Made by a program: the position numbers and the translations under genes
In this document: piece after piece, positions 54,661 to 64,000 of the stretch
Numbering within the stretch: position 1 is the stretch's first letter
How the letters are laid out: each line of letters opens with the position of its first letter
The notes under the pieces: generated by a model
Databases searched by the model: none
What the model was told of the DNA's origin: nothing
The model's input: only the letters and a program-made list of their open reading frames with translations
Origin: Octopus vulgaris
Lineage: Eukaryota
Assembly (NCBI GenBank): GCA_951406725.2
Contig: OX597817.1
Coordinates: forward strand, 148,056,001-148,120,000
Length of the DNA: 64,000 nucleotides
Direction: 5' to 3'

Positions 54661-54730
54661 TAAAACACACATTTATGTATCTGTGTATAGGTATCTAACG
54701 TATCCATGTATGTATATAGGTAAGTATGCC

Positions 54731-54762
<32 letters not shown>

Positions 54763-54944
54763 AGTTAACAGAATGAGATAAGAAGTCCACATGCGCGAGC
54801 GCACACATGCATACATATATATATATACATATGTATATATATATTCATATGGATATGCATGCATATATATATATGTAAATATTTGCATAACTATATATAT
54901 ATATATATTTATATATATACATACATGCATACCTACATACATTC

Positions 54945-55050
<106 letters not shown>

Positions 55051-56312
55051 CTTAATACGAACAGAAAAATTCTGCAGTTTGCCTTCACACGTTTCAAAGT
55101 AAATCAAGCATCTCTCTTCCTCATGAAGATAATTTATAGCGATAGCAATTTAAATTAAATTAAGCACAAACTAGAACTTGGCTGAAAAAGATTTTCTAAT
55201 ACACGCTCTGGTTTGCATGAAATACTTCGCCGCCGACAAATGCATGTTATGCAAATTAAACTGAACACTTCATTTAAATAAAGATTACTTTAGGTTTACT
55301 TCGTTTAGTAAAGAAAAATTTCTGATACGTAGAAATTTTGATTTCTTTAGAATTTCAGTAATATCATTTTTGTATAATTTACAAGGAAATTCTACTTGCC
55401 GTGTAATTCGAATTATTTAATGCGAATGCGTTTTAATGCTTTGCATTTGGGAATATGTGTGTGTATACGGATATCTATTGATGTGTGTGCGATGTGTTTG
55501 TTGGCCTGTTGTGCAAATATAGTTTTTTTTCCTTTCTATTCTACCATCTGCATTTGACGGTGACAAACATTTAATTACAATAATGCAGATTAACTTATTA
55601 TAAATAACATGCATTATAAAATAAATTATCTTATCAAATATCCGTCAGGATTTAATGTCACATATTTATTGATTAATCACTAATTAATCACTGATTATTG
55701 ATTAAGCACACATTTTGCTGCATTAAAATTTAGACTTATTTCTTGGTATATTTCTGGAGCTGATTCTAAAAATGGTATCATTTTTACTCGGTCAGCACTA
55801 AAACTATAATTAATTAATTATCTGCCATTCTGATACAAAAATAGCAACATGCTATCAAAGCAACTGCATATTGCTTAATCAGTATATTTGAGTACACAAG
55901 CTTAGTGAACGCGGTGTTAGTATCTCTACTAAAATGCTGTGGGAAAATAAACATAGACCATCAGTTTTTTGGCATATAAGCAGCTTCTTTTATAAGAACA
56001 TGATGGGTCCTCTTCTTTCCACTAGGTTTAATTATTTGGCTCTTCGTTGAAATATATCATCATTGTTTCTTTCCAATAAGTTTTCCCCTGTTCATTGCTC
56101 TGATAAAATTTCTGATTTATTACTATATGTCAATATCTTTATACGTGTCAACCGTTTCTATTCTCAGGCACATCGATCCTCTGATTAGCCGTCTGTTAGT
56201 CATAAGTCGTTTTATACCAAGAGCTTTGTCCTACGGACTACTGTTCTCTGTAATTCACTACCATCGTCGTGTTTTCCTCTGATCTATGACATTCAGTCCA
56301 TTAAGATTTTTA

Positions 56313-56893
56313 TTGGGTTGTCCGGAAAGTTCGTGCCGATGTTTAAAGAAAAGAAAAAAGTCAATAAATACTTTCCATTACATTTTTAATCAACCAAATA
56401 TAAACCATTTTCTTGCATAATGCGTCTCCATCTTTCCTTTAACTTCAAAATACCCTCTTCCCAGAATTGAGGTGGTTTCAAGGCAAAGAATTAATCAAGG
56501 TTCAATTCCTTGGATGACGTAAAAACGTCATCCAAGGAATTGACATTTTTACCATTAAGAATATCCTGCAGAAACCTGAATAAGTAGAAATCCGAAGGAG
56601 TAATATCTGGTGAATATGGAAGGTGGGGTAACACATCCCAGCCTAGCTGCAGCAATTTTTGTCTGGTTCCGAAATCATCAAGTGTCGAAAATAAACTTTC
56701 TTATCTTCCATTTTAAAGGCTTACAGAATTAACACTGGTTATAGGAACATAAACCTTCTTCCACGAAAAGATAGCTTAAACTCTGCTCTAAATGGAGCTG
56801 TAGTCAAATCCTATTTTATGGAATCAACCATGTTCTAAAATAAATTGAAAGGTAAGCTGCTATACATCGGCACGAACTTTCCGGACAACCCAA
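56313..56893 (-). mobile_element. Internally deleted mariner DNA transposon
   Basis: Perfect 30-bp TIRs TTGGGTTGTCCGGAAAGTTCGTGCCGATGT with TA TSD. Transposase remnants MEDKKVYFRHLM and LGWDVLPHLPYSPDITPSDFYLF (YSPDL-like). Confidence 0.93.
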
Positions 56894-57864
56894 TATCAGT
56901 CATCATCTTTTAAATCTTTAGCCTTCTGCTTCTTTTCTTTCTTTTAAGTTGTTTACGCACTGGTGGTATCAAAGCCTGTAAGGAGCAAAACTAATAAAAG
57001 AACGGGATTGTGTTTCAAGTGCTGTGTACCCAAAGCGAACTTGCTGAAGATCCCAGTAGCACTTTTCCATTCCGTTCGATGTGTGTACAGACTACGTCTT
57101 TTCTTTGGTTTCTATTAATTTCCGAGACAAATTTTTCCGTGAAATACACTGGAATAACCAAACGTTTCTGGAAATAGATCTCTGTGACTGAGAATGTAAT
57201 CGACATTGAATCTCATGCACAAGTAAGTATATTACAATCAGAGATTAGGTCCTCTAAAATCCACAGTAATTGGCTGTCAAGAAGGTATTTGATATGAAGA
57301 AAATGTTCAGCACTGAACTCATTTTTCTCTCTGAAATAAAGGACCCGTGGATTTTTAATAAAACACTCGTGTATTGAGAAGAACTAAAATAACATCTGTA
57401 CATATTATCAGAAACCGAAACGAATCTACTGAAAATATATAGTTAATAGTGTCTTTAGAGGAATGTGCTGATTCTTTTAAATCAAGTTGATTCTTGCAAA
57501 TATTATATGAATATTAGTGAAGGATAGTTTTAAAAATATGTTCATATCTCAATGCATCGTGTAATAGACCTTCCATTCATATGAGATAACTTTTTATATC
57601 CCGTTGCCTGTCCAAAACATTTTCATAAGGTTGTCCTGAACATCCAAGATTGCTTTCAGACTTAGTTATTCGAGGTTAATGTGGTTTAAATTGTGAGTAA
57701 TATGTGGTAATAGAATGTATCACGCATATTTAAAACGTATATATCATATGAGATCCAGAGTGTGCATCATCGATACTTTCAATACAATTGCTGCATGATT
57801 TTATTGTTTGTGATACCCATGCACTATCTGTCTGTCTCTCTTTCTCTCTCACTCACTCTCTCTC

Positions 57865-57916
<52 letters not shown>

Positions 57917-58013
57917 ATCCAAACATGGAAACACAAAGAGAAAACACAACAACACGAGGACGTGGAACAAATATAGTATTATTGGACGCCCAGGAAGGAA
58001 GGAAAGAAGGAGG

Positions 58014-58048
58014 GTTTAACGTTTCGAGCGGAGCTCTTCGTCAAAAAC
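58014..58048 (-). ncRNA. Minimal hammerhead motif in a ~210-bp (AT)n-flanked repeat (57911-58120)
   Basis: GUUU-UUGACGA-A-GAGC ucc GCUC-GAAA-CG-UU-AAAC, with a C3-to-U change in the core. Confidence 0.6.
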
Positions 58049-58145
58049 ATAGGAAAAGGAAAGATCCAAAGAGGTGAAAACGGAGGATAAAAATCACCAA
58101 CGGTACACACGCGGTCACATTTATATATATATATATATATATATA

Positions 58146-58531
58146 GGCGCATGATTGGCTGTGTGGTAAGCATTTTGCTTACAAACCACATAGTTCCGGG
58201 TTCAGTCCCACTGCGTGGCACCTTAGGCACGTATCTTCTACTAAGGCCTCAGGCCGACCAAAGCCTTGTGAGCGGATTTGGTAGACAGAAACTGACAGAA
58301 ACCCGTCGTATATATGTATATATGTATGTGTTTGTGTGACTGCGTTTGTCCAATTCACAACATCGCTTGACAACGATGCTGGTGTGTTTATGTCCCCGTA
58401 ACTTAGCGGTTCAGGAAAAAGAAAAATATAATAAGTACTAGGCTTACAAAGAATAAGTCTTGGGGTCGACTAAAGGCGGTGCTCCAGCATGGCCGCAGTC
58501 AAATGACTGAAACAAGTAAAAGTGTAAAGGA

Positions 58532-58532
<1 letters not shown>
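58146..58532 (+). mobile_element. SINE family B copy, near complete
   Basis: Homologous to 47328-47965. Confidence 0.85.
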
Positions 58533-58568
<36 letters not shown>

Positions 58569-59370
58569 TATATTAGCCCTTTTTCCCTAAGTTTAGGATC
58601 TAAGTAATATAAGTTTTTCTCTCATAAGTTCCGATTAGTAGAAATTTTGGGGATATTGTACTACATATGGAGACGAGGAAACTATGTTCTGTGCATCAAA
58701 TTTAATATACATGGCAGGCAGAGAGTTAAAACAATTTTTACGTTCTTTCTTGTACGCTTCTGACTGTTTCGCTGCTTTTCTTAAAACCGATAATATTTCT
58801 TTGCTTTTCTGAACACTGATACCATTCTGTTTACAAGTGCGTTGGTGTAAATTTGTTTAGTAATTTCCACCTTGCTTCCTTGTTATTTTACAAAATAAGC
58901 CTTAACCAATGAAATGCTAATTTAAAGTTGCTGCATAAAATCTTTCCTAAATGTTGCTTCAGAGAGGTAAAATTAAAGATAAAATGACGTTAGAATGAAT
59001 ATCTCTACAAATAACGTTATTTTTGACATTTACAATTATCATTTCAAATTTGCAATTACGGTAATTTTTATCCCTTTAGAGTTTTTATCTTCAGTAATGA
59101 TATTTAAACAGAAAGCTTCCGTTGAAACTAAGATAACTAGCGTTTCAATTAGGTGCTACTGTATAAAGCATGTATTTTTATTTCCATATCTGTAATTTAC
59201 AGTAATGTAATGCATTACCTGAGAAATCCCTTGTCCCTGGAAATGATTTTTGTGTTGAGGTAAAATGCGAAGTATGAATCGGGAAAATACATACATGAAC
59301 GCACTAAATGATATACAAATGTGCGCCGTTAATATATTGAGCATGGGAGAGAAATTTGATTTTGTCTTAC

Positions 59371-59762
59371 TCTCTCTATATATAAAGCTGAAGTTGTCTG
59401 TGTGTGGCAGGTTTGGTAGCCTTCAACTAACACTATCTCCACCGAGACCTTACGGCGCAAGTTGACCAAAATTGAAAGTATGATAGAAGAAAGATTGCTG
59501 TTCCTTCCGTAGAAGAAAAAAATTCAAATCGGACCATGTTGACACCAAAAACTATTTACATCAAAATGGTGCTTCTTTTCTATGAAAATCCCTATTTTTT
59601 ACGATTTTTTTTACTGCTGTATCGCCATTTTTCGGTGTATTTCAACCAAAAAATGTTCACTTAAAGAGAATAACAAGCTACATAATGCTAACGTTTTATT
59701 TTCAAAAATTCCACTTCTAAAGGGTCGAAACAAATCCGAGCAACGCCGGGTGATACTGCTAG
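59371..59762 (+). mobile_element. Non-autonomous Helitron
   Basis: 5' TC(T)ATATATAAA start, subterminal GC hairpin CCGAGCAACGCCGGG, 3' CTAG followed by T. Confidence 0.75.
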
Positions 59763-59889
59763 TAAAATGATATAACACTTAATAAAATAGCAGAATAAAT
59801 ATACTGTTATATACTCTACCGTATATATCTTACTATATAATACACGATGTGGTGTAAACTGTGTGTTATTATTATTATAAAGCTAATCA

Positions 59890-60092
59890 GGACGGTGTGC
59901 AAGCAGAATCGTTAGCACGCCGAGCAAAATGTTTTGCAACATTTCATCCATCATTACGTTCTGAGTTCAAATTCCAACGAGGTCGACTTTGCTTTCATTG
60001 TTTCGGGGTCGAAAAAATCAGTATCACTTGGGGTCAATGTAATCGACAGATCCCTTGCCTTAAAATTTCTGACCATGTGCCAAAATTTGAAG
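59890..60092 (+). mobile_element. SINE family A copy
   Basis: GCAGAATCGTTAGCACGCCG...GAGTTCAAATTCC...GGTCGACTTTGC. Confidence 0.8.
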
Positions 60093-60445
60093 CCATTAGA
60101 CCTTAGAACATTTGAGTGCGAATCGCGGAGAGTTAAAATTTGCCTATCATTTTACAGGTCTACAAAATCAATTGAGAACCAAGAAATGATTTCAATTGTA
60201 CTGTCCACCATCCTAACCATCACAACAGTTGGTCTTACGACTAAATGAAGCTTTTGGCAAACATATTAAAATGAAATATGTTCAGGCTATTTGCATTATA
60301 AGTTCAAATCCTGTCGTAGTCTACATCTCTTTTCTTCTCCCCCAGGGTCTACGAAACCAAGTACAAATGAAATACTGCCATCGATTGTATCTACTCAGCC
60401 CGTACTGCAAATTTACTGCCATTATGCTTAAAATTAGAGGCAACT

Positions 60446-60826
60446 GGAGGCACAATGGCCCAATGGCTAGGGCAGCGCACTCGCGGTCATAAGATCGCGG
60501 TTTTGATTCCCAGACCGAGCGTTGTGAGTGGTTATTGAGTGAAAGCACCTAAAGCGCCACGACGCTTCACCAAGTGATGGTGGCGAACTCTGCTGTACTC
60601 TTTCTCCACAACTTCCTCTCACTCTTATTTCCTTTTCCTGTTGTGCTTGTAATTCAAAGGGCTAGCCTTGTAACACTGTGTCACGCTGAATATCCATCGA
60701 GAACTACGTTAAGAGTACACGTGTCTGTGGAGTGCTCAGTCATTTGCACGTTAATTTCACGAGCAGGCTGTTTCGTTGATCGGATCAACTGGAACCCTCG
60801 TCGTCGTAAGCGACGGAGTGCCAACA
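60446..60826 (+). mobile_element. tRNA-derived SINE family C, full head, third tail type
   Basis: A box TGGCCCAATGG, B box GGTTTTGATTCC; body shared with the 14-kb and 52.4-kb copies. Confidence 0.8.
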
Positions 60827-61069
60827 TAAAGAGACAACTATCAAACTTAAACTACACAAGTATGTGTCATTGCATTGGGAAAATAATTACAGAGTTGCAG
60901 AAAACGTTTTTCGGCATTTAGTTATGATTCTTTAGACTCTCACATCAAATTATGCTGAGGTCATTGTGGCCTTGACTCTCATCCTTTCGGGGTTGTAAAA
61001 GTGATATACCAGTTCATTATTTACGTTATTGACATTCGACGGATATTTGTCCTCATCTTGTTTGTTGTT

Positions 61070-61115
61070 AACACAACGTTTCAGATGATATATCCTCCAG
61101 CTCTCTTCAGGTATT
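61070..61115 (-). ncRNA. Hammerhead motif, left arm of dimer
   Basis: AAUAC-CUGAAGA-GAGCUG...CAUCU-GAAA-CG-UU-GUGUU. Confidence 0.6.
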
Positions 61116-61198
61116 CTAAGGAAATTTCGAACCTGGCTTCTCATTCCTAAGGTATTTTTCGACGTTGTTGTTGTTGTTATTATTATTTTTATTATTAC

Positions 61199-61259
<61 letters not shown>

Positions 61260-61542
61260 GAGGTCACTGCCTGGAATCTAACTCAGAATCTTGGGATTAG
61301 TAACCCGCACTCTCCACCACTACGCCATACGCCTGTTGGCGTAGTGGCTAAGAGCACACGCTACTAACCCCAAGATTCCGAGTTCGATTCCAAGCAGTGA
61401 CCTGAACAACAACAACAAAAACAACAACGACGACGACGACGACAACAACAACAACAACAACAACAATAATAATAATGATAATGATAATAACAACATTGAA
61501 AAATACCTTAGGAATGAGAACCCAGGTTCTAAATTTCCCCAA

Positions 61543-61585
61543 GACATCTGAAGAAGGCTGGAGGATATATCAGCCGAAACGTGTT
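61543..61585 (+). ncRNA. Hammerhead motif, right arm of dimer
   Basis: GACAU-CUGAAGA-A-GGCUG gaggauauau CAGCC-GAAA-C-GUGUU. Perfect stem II; 3 nt lost at the cleavage site. Confidence 0.6.
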
Positions 61586-62181
61586 AACAACAAACAAGAT
61601 GAGGAGAAATATTCGTCGAATGTAAATAATGTACATAATTCCCCATCTCTTAAATATAGAATTGATATACCAGTTATATACTGTATTCGATTTAATCTAT
61701 TAAAACTATTTTATTTAATTTCACACCTTGTGCATGACATGCAAAAATATTATTGAGCTTATATTTAATATAATAATGCCTTCTATGCTGATTATTAATA
61801 TATTAGAGAGCTTTGCTTCATTTCGGGTTTTACTACATTGCAGTGAAAATATCTCACGTAGAGAGAACACCATAGTGATAATGTCCACGTTGCAGGCAGA
61901 CCATAGTGTAAATTGCATGGCAGACGGCCAGCAATTGTAGCACCTTTTCGTATTTATAAACCGTCATGTATTTGACACGGAAAGGAATATCGATTACTAC
62001 TGTGGCATTTCAGTGTCATAGACAGCAATATTAAAGATGAAAATTGTCTTAATAACATTAGGAAAAATTTCTTCACGTCTTCTAACTTTTCATTAATGTC
62101 TTTTGACGCTCCCATCTGGTTGTCATGTGACTGCAGTGTTCCAAACATAAATGCCTGCATGCATACATGCGTACATATACG

Positions 62182-62248
<67 letters not shown>

Positions 62249-62266
62249 ATGTATATATATATATAT

Positions 62267-62343
<77 letters not shown>

Positions 62344-62482
62344 TATAGTAGTTGTATACTGTGAACTTAAAGTGACAGTCCCATGAAGGGAATCACCACA
62401 CGCTTCCTGTCGGCCTTCACATATTTCTTGTGTCCTTATGTTTACAACGGGGAGACAAACATTCCCACCCAGCTTAGCCTGC

Positions 62483-62526
62483 ATCCATAGACTAGTTTCT
62501 GAGTCTTGCTCGTCATCAGTCAGGAA
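62483..62526 (-). ncRNA. Minimal hammerhead motif in an (AT)n-adjacent repeat (62345-62600)
   Basis: CUGAUGA-cGAG caaga CUCa-GAAA-CUAG-UC. Palindromic ACUAGU helix III, GUC triplet, weak stem I. Confidence 0.55.
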
Positions 62527-62836
62527 TAGCATGGCCTGCTAGCTGGAGATGCTTGTCTAGGCCTTGTAAACATATAAGAATTCTAGTGAAATAAATCCAC
62601 TGATTACAAAAATAGAAATATTACAGTTCTAAATATCTCAGACAGATATTTCGAACTTCTCGCAGTTACTACAGAATGACATACAATTGTTTTGTGCATT
62701 TCCTTGACTTCCAAAATCTACCCCAACACACTTTTGAGTGTGTGTGTGTGCGCGTGTTTGTGCGTGCGCGCGTAAGTTTACGTTCAGAAAGACAATTTGC
62801 ACGCACGCACACACACACACACGACACACGTATATA

Positions 62837-62897
62837 TGATTGATTGATTGATTGATTCCAGTTTCAGCTTATGAGCTGTGGCCATGCTGGGGCACCG
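62837..62897 (-). mobile_element. Short LINE/SINE 3'-end fragment with (AATC)n tail
   Basis: Same sequence as 3332-3400. Confidence 0.7.
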
Positions 62898-62963
62898 ATA
62901 TATATATATATATACATACATACAAACCCACAAAAATTCATATACACCCGCGCATGGAGGCAG

Positions 62964-63002
<39 letters not shown>

Positions 63003-64000
63003 CACACATGCACAAATTTATATATACTCGCGCGTGCACGAAGACACAGACACACAAACACACACGCACACATGCACATACACATACGCGTACACAAAAT
63101 ATTTCTACATAGAAATACACGTCGTGTGTATATATAGTTGTATGTATTTGTATGTATGGCCTGAATATATTTCTGAGTGGATGTCTGAATATTTATATAA
63201 TCCACGATGATTCTCTGAGAAACTGCCCCAGTGCCAAATTTATTGCCAAGAAACATTCTTAATTCCACTGCTATTATTTCAATCTGCATTTCTGTTCAGA
63301 AAGCAATGAAATTCTCACTTTGCATATATATAGTTAAATATACACTCTCTCCGTATTTGAATTGCATCCACCATGCTAACCTGACCTTTTTCAAATTATG
63401 GCGTCCATTTTTATATTTGCAACCTGTATACTTATTTGCAATGGCATCTTACTTATGATAGAAATAATAGCCGAATTATGTGTTTACAGTGAAATTAAAT
63501 AGACATGTATCATGAAATAAATACCTTACTTTTAATTACTATTAGCAGAGAATTTTCAGTACTGATTGCATCTTTACCACTTCTATGCTTCGTCGTATTG
63601 TGAAAATAGTCATTCTAACTACAGCTGCAATTATACAGTCGATTAGGCAGCATCACATAACCTTGTAATAAACGTCAGGCTAGTGTTCAAGTGTAAGTAA
63701 TTGTATGTAATTATTACATTGCCGCATATATATGTTTAGTGTGTGTTTGGTAGGAAAGCAAGAAATTGTGTTCAATTAAATAAGGAAGGAATATCATAGA
63801 AGTAACAGCGTCTATTAGTTTCTGTAGTACTTGGTAATTAAATGCAACCGCACTAATTACTATTTATCTAATTTCACAAAGCGCACATTTTATGGATTTT
63901 TAATTAAAGCTTATACGACTCATTGCATATGCTGGCCGTAGTTCAATATATAGTTCAATAAACTGATTGAGAACCAAAATCAGAGCAGTTTTGCTTACGT

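Larger units (their letters stand above)
61012..61661. mobile_element. Second head-to-head inverted dimer of the tRNA-head/(AAT)n/hammerhead-tail element
   Basis: Tail(-) 61012-61165, (ATT)n, head(-) 61260-61333, head(+) 61337-61404, (AAC/AAT)n, tail(+) 61496-61661. Confidence 0.85.

Noticed and set aside
55650-56130. Possible old DNA transposon end (GCTGATTCTAAAAATGG motif)
   Set aside because: No matching terminal repeat or clear transposase frame found.

Overview
Eukaryotic, very AT-rich, microsatellite-saturated DNA with no recognisable host exon. The repeat families suggest an octopus/cephalopod intron or intergenic region (inference). Nearly all listed ORFs are translated microsatellites. 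Real coding remnants are all mobile elements: two Penelope-like elements (Neptune-type RT+GIY-YIG at 6.1-8.4 kb; Naiad-type RT between two pLTRs at 25.5-27.6 kb), five R4/Dong-type LINE fragments mostly sitting in (AAT)n arrays, three CR1-type fragments and a deleted mariner. Non-coding repeats include a Helitron, a MITE and several tRNA-derived SINE families. Reading both strands reveals about 15 minimal, mostly palindromic-helix-III hammerhead ribozyme motifs (intact to degenerate) from many unrelated small repeat families. The most striking structure occurs twice (10.9-12.3 kb and 61.0-61.7 kb): a tRNA-Arg-like Pol III head, an (AAT)n spacer and a hammerhead-bearing tail, inserted as a head-to-head inverted dimer. 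It is a candidate Penelope-mobilised 'ribozyme SINE'. All folds and alignments were done by eye, so coordinates of degenerate elements are approximate.
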